Source of the DNA: Gemmatimonadota bacterium
Lineage (GTDB): Bacteria; Gemmatimonadota; Gemmatimonadetes; Palauibacterales; KS3-K002
Reading direction: 5' to 3'
Assembly (NCBI GenBank): GCA_039586795.1
Contig: JBDHJS010000032.1
Span: forward strand, 3,847-67,846
DNA: 64,000 nucleotides
This document shows positions 46,685 through 57,391 of the stretch, in pieces. Position numbers and translations under genes: made by a program. Numbering within the stretch: the first letter of the stretch is position 1; each line of letters starts with the position of its first letter. The notes beneath the pieces are model-generated. The model was not told where the DNA came from, did no database searches, and saw nothing but the letters and a program-made list of their open reading frames with translations.

Positions 46685-48922
46685 CTACCGTCGGGCCGCG
46701 TCTGCCGCCTCCTCGGTCTCGACCATCTGGCCTGTCGTCAACTCCAGCACGATGCGGTCTGCATCGTAGATGTCATCCAACGCTTCGAGGATACCGCGGA
46801 CGTCAACGGCGACCGAGCGATTGACGCTAGTGTCATAGATATAGTCGCCGGGCAGGCTCTCAATGTTGCCATCGAAGATCAGGCCTACGACCTCGAGGTC
46901 CTTGTTGATCACCGGCGAACCGGAGTTGCCGCCGATCACGTCGGAGGTCATGACGAAGTTGAGCGGCGTCGCCAGGTCGAATTCGGCGGGCGGCGACAGC
47001 CAGCGTGCCGGCAGGTCCCACGGCGTGCCGGGACCGCCGTGCGAGTAATATCGATCGTACAGACCGTAGAAGGTCGTATAGATGGGCGCCAACGTTCCGT
47101 TATACTTGTAGCCCGTCACCACACCATCGGCTATCCGAAGCGAGAACGTGGCGTCCGGCGGAATCGTGGTTCCGTACACGTCGAACCGGGCCCGCCCCAG
47201 CTTGGCGGAGATCGCCTCTTCCTGAGTGTTCAGCTGGCTCATCGCAGTCTGCATCTGGACCACGGGCTGGATGATCGCAGCGATCACCTGTACCGCGGGA
47301 TCCTCCATCGTCAGCACACCCGATTCGATGGCGTCGGCGGCCCGCGCCGAATCGGCCAGCACGGAGTGGGCTAGTAGATCCTCGGCCGCAGCCTCGGGAG
47401 TCCGTCCCTGCAGGATCTGCGACACGACCGCATCATCGGCGCCGAGGTAATCTTCAAGGTCCCTGAGCCGCGCTTCTAGTAGCCCCTTCTCCAGCGTCGG
47501 GTTCTTGTTCCCGATCGCCAGAAGTTGATCCCTGGCTGCTTGAGCTCCCTGGCCGAGATACTGATACGCGGCGAGAGCGCGTAGCATGGTGGCCGAGGTC
47601 CAGTTGGGACTGCCGATGGCGAAATAGGCGCCGAACTCCGGACCCAGCGCCGTCATCTGCTCTTGCGTCTCCGTCATCTGATCGAACAGGTCGCCGTATT
47701 CTGCACTGAGCGCCGGGTCCGCGTTTACGGCTTCACGGAATTGGCGTTCCGAGTCGGCGCGCCTGGCCATGTACTCCGAGTTGTACAGACCCTCCACCAT
47801 CCCGCGGTAGGCCTTCTGGGAGTTCTCGAGGCTGAAGATCAAGTTGCGCGTGTCAGCCTCCTCCGCGCCTTCCGGATCGGCGTCGTAGTAAGCGCGCAGG
47901 GCCTCGAGGCGCGTATCGATGAACCCGAGAATCGTCTTGTCGCCGACGACGCGACGGTAGTCGAGCTGTGATACGGTCTGCAGACGGCTGCTACCGCCCG
48001 GGTTCCCAATGACGAAGACGGCGTCACCCTCTTCGACCCCCTCTTCGCTCCACGTGAAATACACGTCGCTCTGAAGCGGTGCGCCGTTCTCGTCGTAGAT
48101 CCGATAGAACGACATGTCGAGGTTATAGCGTGGATAGGTGAAGTTGTCGGGGTCGCCACCGAAGAAACCGATCTGCAATTCGGGCGCGAGCACCAAACGC
48201 ACGTCGGTGTAACGGCGAAACACGTAGGCCGAGTACTTCGCCCCGTTCCACAGCGCGATCACCTGCACCAGATAGCCGGCCTCTTCACCGCCGCGCTCCA
48301 CGGAGATGTTCTCGGCGATCGAATCCTGCGAGGCCTCGATGGCCTGCGTCAGCGCCGCGTCGGTCGTGGCGCTGGCCGTGGCGGTCATCACCCGGTCGGT
48401 CACGTCGATGATCTCGATCAGCTGGTCGGCGGTCTGGCTCGATGTCCGCTCACTGTCGAGGCGCGTCGCGTAGAAGCCGTTGTCCAGCAGGTTCTCGCCC
48501 TCTCCGCTCACCTCGGTGACACTGCCGCGAGCGCAGTGATGGTTGGTCATCACCAGGCCGTTGGGCGACACGAACGACGCCGAACAACCTTGAATTCGTA
48601 AGGCGCCGAGCCGCGCTTTCTCGAACCACTCTTCATCCGGATTGAAGCCGTATTCCTGGCTGAAATACTCGAGCGGCGCGTACTCGAATGTCCACATCCT
48701 GCCGTTATCGAACTTCCCAGCCTTCACATCTTCGGCTACGGTCGGGCTGGACGCTGGTGGTAGTGTCGCCTCGGGGGCTGCCGGCATCACTTGCGCCGCC
48801 GGCTCCGGGCTCGGGGCCGGCTCCGTGTCGCCACCGGACGTGGAGCTACAGCCGGTGGCCAACAGGAAGGCTGCGGCGGGCAGCAAGCGGCCCCAAAGGA
48901 ACGGATGATTCGGGTTCTTCAT
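46685..48922 (-). CDS. S46 family dipeptidyl-peptidase (DPP7/DPP11-like) lipoprotein
   Basis: ATG at 48922 with lipobox LLATGCSS. Catalytic regions GLVMTNHHCA and GGNSGSPVIN. Confidence 0.9.
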   Translation of the reverse strand: MKNPNHPFLWGRLLPAAAFLLATGCSSTSGGDTEPAPSPEPAAQVMPAAPEATLPPASSPTVAEDVKAGKFDNGRMWTFEYAPLEYFSQEYGFNPDEEWFEKARLGALRIQGCSASFVSPNGLVMTNHHCARGSVTEVSGEGENLLDNGFYATRLDSERTSSQTADQLIEIIDVTDRVMTATASATTDAALTQAIEASQDSIAENISVERGGEEAGYLVQVIALWNGAKYSAYVFRRYTDVRLVLAPELQIGFFGGDPDNFTYPRYNLDMSFYRIYDENGAPLQSDVYFTWSEEGVEEGDAVFVIGNPGGSSRLQTVSQLDYRRVVGDKTILGFIDTRLEALRAYYDADPEGAEEADTRNLIFSLENSQKAYRGMVEGLYNSEYMARRADSERQFREAVNADPALSAEYGDLFDQMTETQEQMTALGPEFGAYFAIGSPNWTSATMLRALAAYQYLGQGAQAARDQLLAIGNKNPTLEKGLLEARLRDLEDYLGADDAVVSQILQGRTPEAAAEDLLAHSVLADSARAADAIESGVLTMEDPAVQVIAAIIQPVVQMQTAMSQLNTQEEAISAKLGRARFDVYGTTIPPDATFSLRIADGVVTGYKYNGTLAPIYTTFYGLYDRYYSHGGPGTPWDLPARWLSPPAEFDLATPLNFVMTSDVIGGNSGSPVINKDLEVVGLIFDGNIESLPGDYIYDTSVNRSVAVDVRGILEALDDIYDADRIVLELTTGQMVETEEAADAARR

Positions 48923-49153
48923 GATTCTCGACTCGCGTTTCAGGTGTGCGATTCTGGATACCCTTATTTGGACGCGGAATGTGGTCAACCTGTTCCACCG
49001 GGGCAACATGCGTGCCGTGGACAGGAATGAAAGGGTGGTGGCCGCAAGCCGAAGCAGTGCCCCTTCGGGCGTCTCACGGCTAGCCTGAACTGGCGGAATG
49101 GCTCCTCCTCAGGTACAATTCGTCGGTTTCAGCGCAATCCCAAGAGGAGAAAC

Positions 49154-52100
49154 TTGCCGAAGCGGGAAGACATAAAAAGCGTCCTGCTGCTGGGCAGCGG
49201 GCCGATCGTGATCGGACAGGCCTGCGAGTTCGACTATTCGGGCACGCAGGCCGTTCGCGCACTGAGGGAAGAGGGCTACCGGGTCATCCTGGTGAACTCG
49301 AACCCAGCCACGATCATGACGGATCCGGACCTGGCCGACGCCACCTATATCGAGCCGCTCACCCCGGAGTGGGTCGAACGGGTGATCGAGAAAGAGCGGC
49401 CTGACGCACTATTGCCCACCATGGGCGGCCAGGTGGGGCTCAATGTGTCCCTCGAGCTCTTCGATTCCGGCGTGCTCGAGAAGTACGGCGTCGAGCTGAT
49501 CGGGGCGGATGCAAGAGCGATCCGACTGGCCGAGAACCGGGAAGAATTCGCGGGGGCGATGAGGCGGATCGGGCTCGACGTCCCTCACGGCGGGTTCGCT
49601 CATTCGTTGCAGGAGGCGCAGGCGGTAGCGGAGAAGACGGGCTTTCCCGCCATCGTACGTCCCTCGTTTACGCTGGGCGGCACGGGCGGTGGCATCGCTT
49701 ACAATCGCGAGGAATTCGAGCAGGTCGCACGCACCGGGCTGGACGCTTCGCCGGTCGGCGAAATCCTCATCGACAAGAGCGTCATCGGCTGGAAAGAGTT
49801 CGAGCTCGAGGTGATGCGCGATCACGCCGACAACGTGGTCATCGTTTGCTCGATTGAGAACTTCGACGCGATGGGCGTGCATACCGGCGACTCGATCACC
49901 GTCGCCCCGGCTATGACGCTCTCCGACGCCGAGTACCAGGTGCTCCGCGACGGCGCGATCGCCTGCATCCGAGAGATCGGGGTCGATGCAGGTGGCTGCA
50001 ACATCCAGTTCGCCGTGAATCCCGAGAACGGTGAAGTGATCGTGATCGAGATGAACCCGCGGGTCTCACGCTCATCAGCTCTGGCGTCCAAGGCCACGGG
50101 GTTCCCGATCGCCCGAATCGGTACGAAGCTGGCCGTCGGTTACCGCCTCGACGAGCTTCCCAACGCGATCACGCTGAAAACGCCTGCTTCTTTCGAGCCG
50201 GTGCTCGACTACGTCGTCGTCAAGATTCCTCGCTTCGCTTTCGAGAAGTTCCCCAAGGCGGATCCGACCCTGGGCGTTCAGATGAAAGCGGTGGGCGAGG
50301 TGATGGCGATTGGCCGGACGTTCAAAGAAGCCTGGATGAAAGGATTCCGCTCGCTCGAGAACGGCCGCGCCGGCTGGACGATCGGCGAAACACCGGCCGA
50401 CGATGGATTGCCGGACGAGGATCTCGAGTCGCTCATCTCGGCGTTGCGGCGGCCAACGGCCGATCGCGCGTTCCAGGTCAAGCGAGCCTTGCACGCGGGC
50501 TTCACGACGGAAGAGATCTTCGAAGCTAGTCATATCGATCCGTGGTTCATCGAGCAGCTGCGAGAGTTGGTCGACGCGGAGACATGGTACGCGTCGCTCG
50601 ACGAACCGACGCGCGAAGCGACCTGGGAGCTGAAGCGGCTCGGATTCGGCGATCGCCACCTGGGTGAGGTACGCGACGAGAAGGAAGACGCGGTTCGCGA
50701 ACGCCGCTGGGATTGGGACATTCACCCGTCGTATAAGATGGTAGATACATGCGCCGGGGAGTTTCCCGCCGCGACACCGTATCTGTACAGCACGTACGAG
50801 GAGGAGAACGAGTCCGTCGAGAGCAGTCGCCGCACGGTCGTCGTCCTGGGGAGCGGCCCCAATCGCATTGGGCAGGGCGTCGAGTTCGACTACTGCTGCG
50901 TCTCGGCCGCCTTCGCCCTGGCCGAGGAGGGGTTCGAGACGATCATGGTGAACTCGAACCCGGAGACAGTATCCACCGACTTCGACGTCAGCGACAAACT
51001 CTACTTCGAGCCGCTCACCCTAGAGGATGTGCTCGAGATCGTTCATCTTGAGAAGCCTGAAGGCGTCGTCGTGCAGAGCGATCATGGCGTGCCGATCCTG
51101 GGCACACCGGTCGACGCGATCGACCGGGCTGAGGACCGCGAGCGATTTGAGGCGCTCGCTCGTGAGCTGAGCATAGATCAGCCGCCGAACGGTCTGGCGA
51201 TGAGCGAGGAAGAGGCGCTCGAAGTCGCGGGAAGAATCGGCTATCCGGTGCTTGTGCGACCCAGCTACGTGCTGGGCGGACGGGCGATGGAGATCGTTTA
51301 CGACGAGGAATCGCTCCGCAGCTACTTCGAGCGCGCGATTCGGGCTTCGCCTGAGCATCCCGTGCTCATCGACAGCTTTCTCGAAGACGCGTTCGAGGCC
51401 GACGTCGATGCGGTGTCGGACGGCGAGAGTGTGCTGATCGGTGGCGTAATGCAGCACATCGAAGATGCGGGCATCCACTCGGGCGACTCCGCCTGTGTCG
51501 TTCCGCCCTATCTGCTGCGTGATGAGCACGTCGATCAGATGAAGCAGCACGCGCGCGCTCTGGCGCAGGCGCTCGGCGTTGTCGGCCTGATCAACGTGCA
51601 GTTCGCCGTGAAAGACGGGACCGTCTATGTCCTGGAGGTCAATCCGCGGGCCAGCCGCACGATTCCGTTCCTCAGCAAGGCCACGGGGGTGCAGCTGGCA
51701 CGGCTGGCCGCGCGCTTCATGATCGGCCGCAAGCTAGCCGAGTTTGACTTGTCGACCAACGGCGACTTGCAGGGCGTCGCCGTGAAAGAGTCGGTCTTCC
51801 CGTTCGAGAAGCTCCCCGGAGTCGATGCATTGCTCGGGCCCGAGATGCGTTCGACGGGTGAGGTTATGGGGATAGCCGATTCTTTCGGGATGGCGATCGC
51901 CAAGGCGCAGGTCGCGGGCGGCAACCCACTGCCGCTTTCCGGACGCATCGTGGTTACGGTGCATGAGGAAGACAAGCCGAATGTGACGCCGATCGTCCGA
52001 CGATTCCACGAGCTGGGATTCGAGATTTGGGCGACGGGCGGAACCGCACGCTACCTTCGCGGGCGCGGGATACCGGCGCAGCCGGTCCTCAAAGTCCACG

Positions 52101-52351
52101 AGGGGCGCCCACACATCGTCGATCACTTAATATCTGGCGAGATCGCTCTGTTGATCAACACTCCGCTCGGCAAGCACGCCCAGTTCGATGATTACGCAAT
52201 CCGGCGGGCGGCTATCCAGCACCGCGTCCCGTATACCACGACGCTCTCGGGTGCGTCGGCCCTCTGTGATGCGGTGATCGCACTGCGGCACCGGAAGCTT
52301 CAGGTGATGAGTCTGCAGGATCGGGCTCAACGGGCGACGCCAGGGGTATAG
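49154..52351 (+). CDS. carB: carbamoyl-phosphate synthase large subunit
   Basis: TTG start with AGAGGAG upstream. (M)[29 protein letters not shown]. Duplicated ATP-grasp halves and a C-terminal MGS-like domain. Confidence 0.95.
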   Translation: MPKREDIKSVLLLGSGPIVIGQACEFDYSGTQAVRALREEGYRVILVNSNPATIMTDPDLADATYIEPLTPEWVERVIEKERPDALLPTMGGQVGLNVSLELFDSGVLEKYGVELIGADARAIRLAENREEFAGAMRRIGLDVPHGGFAHSLQEAQAVAEKTGFPAIVRPSFTLGGTGGGIAYNREEFEQVARTGLDASPVGEILIDKSVIGWKEFELEVMRDHADNVVIVCSIENFDAMGVHTGDSITVAPAMTLSDAEYQVLRDGAIACIREIGVDAGGCNIQFAVNPENGEVIVIEMNPRVSRSSALASKATGFPIARIGTKLAVGYRLDELPNAITLKTPASFEPVLDYVVVKIPRFAFEKFPKADPTLGVQMKAVGEVMAIGRTFKEAWMKGFRSLENGRAGWTIGETPADDGLPDEDLESLISALRRPTADRAFQVKRALHAGFTTEEIFEASHIDPWFIEQLRELVDAETWYASLDEPTREATWELKRLGFGDRHLGEVRDEKEDAVRERRWDWDIHPSYKMVDTCAGEFPAATPYLYSTYEEENESVESSRRTVVVLGSGPNRIGQGVEFDYCCVSAAFALAEEGFETIMVNSNPETVSTDFDVSDKLYFEPLTLEDVLEIVHLEKPEGVVVQSDHGVPILGTPVDAIDRAEDRERFEALARELSIDQPPNGLAMSEEEALEVAGRIGYPVLVRPSYVLGGRAMEIVYDEESLRSYFERAIRASPEHPVLIDSFLEDAFEADVDAVSDGESVLIGGVMQHIEDAGIHSGDSACVVPPYLLRDEHVDQMKQHARALAQALGVVGLINVQFAVKDGTVYVLEVNPRASRTIPFLSKATGVQLARLAARFMIGRKLAEFDLSTNGDLQGVAVKESVFPFEKLPGVDALLGPEMRSTGEVMGIADSFGMAIAKAQVAGGNPLPLSGRIVVTVHEEDKPNVTPIVRRFHELGFEIWATGGTARYLRGRGIPAQPVLKVHEGRPHIVDHLISGEIALLINTPLGKHAQFDDYAIRRAAIQHRVPYTTTLSGASALCDAVIALRHRKLQVMSLQDRAQRATPGV

Positions 52352-52411
52352 AAGCGCACAGAGACAAGGCAGTGTTTGGAAGTCGCGTTATTGCGGAGGA
52401 CTTTGACCGGC

Positions 52412-54346
52412 ATGACACAGCTGATCGGGCGAGTCGTCGGTACCGAGCGAAAGCCCAACACCACACATGAGTTCCACTTCTGGACCAATCTGGAAGCTCA
52501 GATTGGCATCGGCTCGATCGTCAAGGTCGTGGCGAATACGCAGACGGTATACGGCGTGGTGGTCGAGGGGTTCAGCTATTCCGATCTGATGTCACCGCTC
52601 CATGACTACATCGGCGCCGACGCCGACCCGGAAGCCGAATCGCGTTCCGCGTCCCAGCGACCCGAGATCCGCCTCTACTCTGCCGCTGTGCTACGCCGCG
52701 AGCCTGAAGAACCGGTCCAACCCGTCCCAATGGGCGCCGTCTTCCTGGCGGACGACCACGACGTCGTCGTCGGGTTGCGGATGGACACCTACGTCGGGGT
52801 CGAAGAGGAGACGGGTATCCCCCTCGGCCTCTACACGAGCGGCGGTCTGGAGGCGAAGGTCTATCTCGACGCCGATTTCTTGCTAGGCCCGGAAGCCGCT
52901 CACATGAACATCACGGGCGTGAGCGGTCTAGCCACAAAGACCAGCCTGGTCGAGTTCCTGCTGGCTTCGATCTTCGAGTACATGCCACCGGCCAAGGGAT
53001 CGGTCGCTGCCGTCGCCTTCAACGTAAAAGGCCCCGATCTATTGTTCCTCGACCAGGCCGGCGAGCTGGACGAGAACGACCTTCGCATGTACGGACAGCT
53101 CGGCGTGCCAGCGCGACCATTCGAGGTGGTACGGTACTACGCGCCGTACAAGGCAGACGGTTGGAACCTGAACACTCTTCGTACGCACCCGGACCTGGTC
53201 GACAACGTCGAGTCGCTGCGCTGGGGATTGAAAGAAGTGATGCAGTTTTCCGAGGTACTGCTCACTCGAGATGATCTGGATGCCAAGGCGGACGCGCTGG
53301 TCGATTTCATACGCGATCGCGTTCTCGATCAACAGTTCGGACCCAGCCTCGGGCACCTTGTCGCGCGCGAGCATACGGTGCGCACGTTCCGTGACCTCGA
53401 GGACTGGTTCGACGATGTATTGGCCTTCTGCGAGATGAACGGGACCGACCGCTGGATGACGCATCATACGGCGACGATCCGCAAGGTGCGAAATCGTCTG
53501 AACGGTATCGTCAGTCGTGCGCACGGTCTCGTCGTAAACGATGATGCGGTCAACGATCTTCCGTGGGGTGAGTTCGAAGACCGATCTGTCTATGTCGTTG
53601 ATGTGGCGAATGTCGAGCCGGAGGCCCAGGACCTGGTCTTCGCCAGGGTAGTCTCGAAGCTGCGCGAGGGGCTGGAGTCCGGGACGTTGGGCGTCAAGCA
53701 CGTAGTCGTGCTTGCCGATGAGCTGAACAAGTATGCGCCGTCGGATGGGCCCGACACCTATGTGCGAAAGATGCTCCTCGACATCAGCGAGCGCGGTCGA
53801 TATCTGGGGCTGGTGCTGTTGGGCGCACAGCAGTTTCGCTCACAGGTGCATCGACGCGTCGTGGGCAATAGCGGTTCGTCTGTCTACGGGCGCATGGATA
53901 TGGACGAACTGGCGACACCCGGTTACGCGGTGCTATCCCCGGCCACGAAGACCAAGCTGGCCAGTCTTCCCAAAGGCGACCTCATGGTTCGGCACCCCCA
54001 CTTCACACAGCCGGTCTTTGTGCGCTTTCCAAGGCCGACCGTGATGCGCGGCCGAGATGGAATCGAGCGATTTCCGCCGCGCCAGGAGGTTCCGTTCGAG
54101 GATGCGATCGCGCTTGGCTTGAAGCGTCTCGACGGGAAGGTCAAGGCGAACGAGGTGAAAGATGCTATCGCGGGCCGCGATCGGGACGAGGTCTTACGGG
54201 CCTATCACCACACGGAGCGTGCGCGGCCAGACAATGCTATGCGCTTCTTCACGTCGCGCCTAAAGAGGAAGATGGTATCCGAGGTCGTTGATTCGACCCC
54301 ACGGCCGGTACCGGTTCCCGACGATCCTTACGGAGGTGATCGGTAG
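52412..54346 (+). CDS. HerA/FtsK-superfamily ATPase (HerA-like, deviant Walker A)
   Basis: N-terminal barrel-like segment LIGRVVGTERKPNTTHEFHFW...IVKVV...VYGVVVE. P-loop region NITGVSGLATKTS. Walker B HVVVLADELNKYAP follows the HerA-type DEAHxxxP pattern. GGAGGA lies 11 nt upstream of the ATG. Confidence 0.7.
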   Translation: MTQLIGRVVGTERKPNTTHEFHFWTNLEAQIGIGSIVKVVANTQTVYGVVVEGFSYSDLMSPLHDYIGADADPEAESRSASQRPEIRLYSAAVLRREPEEPVQPVPMGAVFLADDHDVVVGLRMDTYVGVEEETGIPLGLYTSGGLEAKVYLDADFLLGPEAAHMNITGVSGLATKTSLVEFLLASIFEYMPPAKGSVAAVAFNVKGPDLLFLDQAGELDENDLRMYGQLGVPARPFEVVRYYAPYKADGWNLNTLRTHPDLVDNVESLRWGLKEVMQFSEVLLTRDDLDAKADALVDFIRDRVLDQQFGPSLGHLVAREHTVRTFRDLEDWFDDVLAFCEMNGTDRWMTHHTATIRKVRNRLNGIVSRAHGLVVNDDAVNDLPWGEFEDRSVYVVDVANVEPEAQDLVFARVVSKLREGLESGTLGVKHVVVLADELNKYAPSDGPDTYVRKMLLDISERGRYLGLVLLGAQQFRSQVHRRVVGNSGSSVYGRMDMDELATPGYAVLSPATKTKLASLPKGDLMVRHPHFTQPVFVRFPRPTVMRGRDGIERFPPRQEVPFEDAIALGLKRLDGKVKANEVKDAIAGRDRDEVLRAYHHTERARPDNAMRFFTSRLKRKMVSEVVDSTPRPVPVPDDPYGGDR

Positions 54347-54347
54347 C

Positions 54348-55235
54348 ATGAATCGCAGACGACTGTTCTCAGCCAGTCTCTGCCTGGTCATCGCCGGCTA
54401 CGCACCGCCGGCTTATGCTCAGGAACCTGGCGGAGAAGCAACAGGACGTCGTGTATTTCTCCGGTTGGCCGCGGACTCGGGCGCTGTGGGGCACTTCAGG
54501 TTCACCGGCCAGGGACAGAGCCAGCTGGTGTTTGACATACCTCCCGATGACCCCAGGAACGAACTGCTTGCTTCCATCACGCAGCCGAAGACGATCACCC
54601 GGGATATCGCGGGGACGATCGTATCCACGCCTGCTGAAGGTGACGACGAGCGTCGCTACCTGATCTACTGGCTCGGCTACCGGTTGGCAGGGATAGAGGA
54701 GGATCGCAGCCTCACGCCAATACAGTGGGACAGCATTTTCCAGGCGGCCGGTCGCCGTGCTGAACTTCGGTTCACCGCTCGGGGACAACCCCGTGGCGTT
54801 CAGGTATCATCGGAAGCTGTGCGCCCCGTGGCGCAGTCGCTGGCGGACGTGTTGGCGGGGCTTGCGTTGGCGCTTCCAGCCGACTCGGTTGGACCGACCG
54901 ATAGGTGGAGAGACGAGTTGGCCGTCCCCGTCGAAGGGCTGGACGGGTCGAAGAAGCTCGTCGTCGTGGAGGTGTCTTACCGACTAACTGAGTTGCAGGT
55001 GGAGCCCGGTGGAGTTAAGGCACATATCGAATTTGATGGCGCGCCAGTGCGCATCGGCGACGACTCTGGAGAGGTGACGGGAAAGTACTTTGGAGAGAGC
55101 GTCTTTTCGGTTGATGGTGGCAGATACGAGCAAGTGATGGCCATCGCCAACCTGGAGATAAAGTGGAAGGACAGCAGTGGGCTGCCACCCAGCCGAACCA
55201 TTCTCGAATGGCGGGGGCAGCTGGTTCGCAGGTAG
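54348..55235 (+). CDS. secreted/periplasmic hypothetical protein (paralog A)
   Basis: ATG lies 1 nt after the upstream TAG. Signal peptide MNRRRLFSASLCLVIAGYAPPAYA|QEP. 295 aa, beta-rich. Shares LPADSVGPTDRW with the LPETAVAVGDSW block of the next ORF. Confidence 0.6.
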   Translation: MNRRRLFSASLCLVIAGYAPPAYAQEPGGEATGRRVFLRLAADSGAVGHFRFTGQGQSQLVFDIPPDDPRNELLASITQPKTITRDIAGTIVSTPAEGDDERRYLIYWLGYRLAGIEEDRSLTPIQWDSIFQAAGRRAELRFTARGQPRGVQVSSEAVRPVAQSLADVLAGLALALPADSVGPTDRWRDELAVPVEGLDGSKKLVVVEVSYRLTELQVEPGGVKAHIEFDGAPVRIGDDSGEVTGKYFGESVFSVDGGRYEQVMAIANLEIKWKDSSGLPPSRTILEWRGQLVRR

Positions 55236-55291
55236 AGCACTTGTCGTTTTGGGCGCCGAAGTCGGGCTGGTCAGCTGTGTTCGCTCCTAAC

Positions 55292-56182
55292 ATGATTCGT
55301 TCTCTTCTTGTTGCGTTGCCGCAGCTCGCTTTCCTAGCGACCGCGTTGGCCACGGGTCAGGAACCGGCCTATCGTCTCCATCTCACGGAAGAAGTTGGGC
55401 AGATCAGTAGTTATCGTCTGGTGTTCGATCTGGAGATGCGGGCCGAGTATACCGGGGGCGGCGAACTGAGTAGCGCTACTCGACAGTTCATGGCAGCGCT
55501 TTCGGAAGGGATGAGAGTGCGGACGGCCGTTGAGTATGATGAACGTCTGGTGGCGGTGGAGGAAGATGGGGTGCGAACGTTCGATGTCCGTTGGCACGAC
55601 TACAAATTCCAGGGCCTCATCGGTGGAGAAGAGATACCAGAACCTCCAGGTCGCGCGGAAGCGACACGTGATCTGCTTGCGGCCAGCGCGGCGCGCGTGA
55701 AGACAACGCCTTCCGGCCGCACGATCGAAGTCGAGTACTCGAACCCACAGGTGGAGACGTTTGTTCGGCAATTCGAACAGGCAGGCATGCCAACCTACCT
55801 GCCGGAGACCGCCGTTGCCGTCGGCGACAGCTGGACTAGCCGCGCAAGTTTTCCGTTGGGGGCGGGCGCCGGGGCAGGGACGATGGAGCTCGATCTCGTC
55901 CACACGTTCACAGAACTACGCCAGGGCCCGGATGGCCCGATCGTAGTAATCGAAATCGCCGGGTCGTACTCACAGCTTCAGGGTTTGGAGGATGTGGGGA
56001 TAGGGGCGCCCCTACATATGGACGCGCGCTTGACGGGCGTGTCTCTGTTTGACATTACCTGGGGGCGCTTCGTGGGTGGAGACTTCCAGCTAGATATGTT
56101 CGCCCTCAGCGCTTCAGAAGAAGTGGAGATTCAACTGACGGGACACGCCAACGGGAAACTCGAGCTCTTGAGCGGATCATGA
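55292..56182 (+). CDS. secreted/periplasmic hypothetical protein (paralog B)
   Basis: Signal peptide MIRSLLVALPQLAFLATALA|TGQEP. 296 aa. Stop overlaps the next start (ATGA at 56179-56182). Confidence 0.6.
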   Translation: MIRSLLVALPQLAFLATALATGQEPAYRLHLTEEVGQISSYRLVFDLEMRAEYTGGGELSSATRQFMAALSEGMRVRTAVEYDERLVAVEEDGVRTFDVRWHDYKFQGLIGGEEIPEPPGRAEATRDLLAASAARVKTTPSGRTIEVEYSNPQVETFVRQFEQAGMPTYLPETAVAVGDSWTSRASFPLGAGAGAGTMELDLVHTFTELRQGPDGPIVVIEIAGSYSQLQGLEDVGIGAPLHMDARLTGVSLFDITWGRFVGGDFQLDMFALSASEEVEIQLTGHANGKLELLSGS

Positions 56183-57390
56183 AGCTCGTTCACGCCGCCG
56201 ACCTACACCTCGGCTATCGCGCCTACCACCGGACGGATTCCCGGGGGATCAACATCCGGGAGGCGGATGTGGCGAGGGCGTTCCGCGAGCTGCTGGAACG
56301 CACAACCAGCATCGCGCCTGACCTGTTCATCGTGGCGGGTGATGTCTTTCACACGGTGCGCCCCTCGAACACCGCGATCGCCGACGCGTTTCGGCAACTC
56401 TCGCGGTTTTGCGCCGAGTCGGGTGGTACTCGGGTCATCATCATCGCGGGCAACCACGATTCTCCCAAAGCCGTCGAGACCGGCAGTATCCTCCGACTGT
56501 TCGACGAGATCGATGGCGTCAACGTCGTCCACCAGGATGGTCGCCGGCTGGTCTTCTCGGATCTGGATGCGTCCGTCTTGTGCCTTCCGCATAGCGAACT
56601 GGCCGGGGCCGGTGATCTGGCTATCGAACCAGGCGACCAAACTTCGAAGAACATTCTGGCTGCGCACGCCGAGATTGATGACGAGCGACTGAAGCTACTG
56701 ACCGACTTTGGAGCAGCCAAGCTGGCACGCAACGCCATCGATCCGAAACAGTGGGGGTACGTTGGCCTCGGGCACTACCATGTGCGTACACAGTTGGCAC
56801 CCAACATGTTTTACGCTGGGGCGATCGAAAGAACGAGCCTCGACATATGGGCGGAGGCCGATAACGCGAGAGTCGCAAAGCAAGACACCTGGAATAAGGC
56901 GGCATGGGGGAAGGGGTTCATCGAGTTTGACCTCGAATCCGGCAAGGCGGAGTTCCACAAGCTCGACTGCCCCAGGCCCGTCCTCGACCTGGAGCCCGTC
57001 CTCTACCTGGATCAGTCGCCAGCCGAGCTCGATAGCGCGATCGAATCGGCACTCGCGACGGTGCACGCTGGGATCGCCGGGAAGATTATCAGGCTGCGTG
57101 TATTCAATGTGCCTCGCGAGCTCTACCGCGAGCTCGACCACAAACGGATACGTGAGTACAGAACCGAAGCGCTCCATTTCCACCTCGATGCTCGGCCGCC
57201 GCAAGTCGAACGTCGCGCCGGGTCCGGGGCGCCGGGACGCCGCATGACACTAAAAGAGGAACTCGAGTCGTTTCTGAAGGACCGCTTCAATCTGGAGTCG
57301 GGTGGCGTCGACAGAGAGGCGCTGATCGACCTGGGTCTTCGTTATCTGCACGAGGCCGAGGAGAGGGAGTCCCTGGAGGGAAGGGAGTGA
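56179..57390 (+). CDS. Mre11/SbcD-family nuclease (calcineurin-like phosphoesterase)
   Basis: Motifs AADLHLGY, VAGDVFH, IAGNHDSP and GLGHYHV. The N-terminal region (READVARAFRELLE) resembles archaeal Mre11. Confidence 0.85.
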   Translation: MKLVHAADLHLGYRAYHRTDSRGINIREADVARAFRELLERTTSIAPDLFIVAGDVFHTVRPSNTAIADAFRQLSRFCAESGGTRVIIIAGNHDSPKAVETGSILRLFDEIDGVNVVHQDGRRLVFSDLDASVLCLPHSELAGAGDLAIEPGDQTSKNILAAHAEIDDERLKLLTDFGAAKLARNAIDPKQWGYVGLGHYHVRTQLAPNMFYAGAIERTSLDIWAEADNARVAKQDTWNKAAWGKGFIEFDLESGKAEFHKLDCPRPVLDLEPVLYLDQSPAELDSAIESALATVHAGIAGKIIRLRVFNVPRELYRELDHKRIREYRTEALHFHLDARPPQVERRAGSGAPGRRMTLKEELESFLKDRFNLESGGVDREALIDLGLRYLHEAEERESLEGRE

Positions 57391-57391
57391 C

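Noticed and set aside
54348-56182. The two middle ORFs of the herA/mre11/rad50 string as divergent NurA nucleases
   Set aside because: Both have N-terminal signal peptides, and I could not find the N-terminal Asp-containing NurA motif or the other acidic/His catalytic positions. They are kept as unknown exported paralogs instead.
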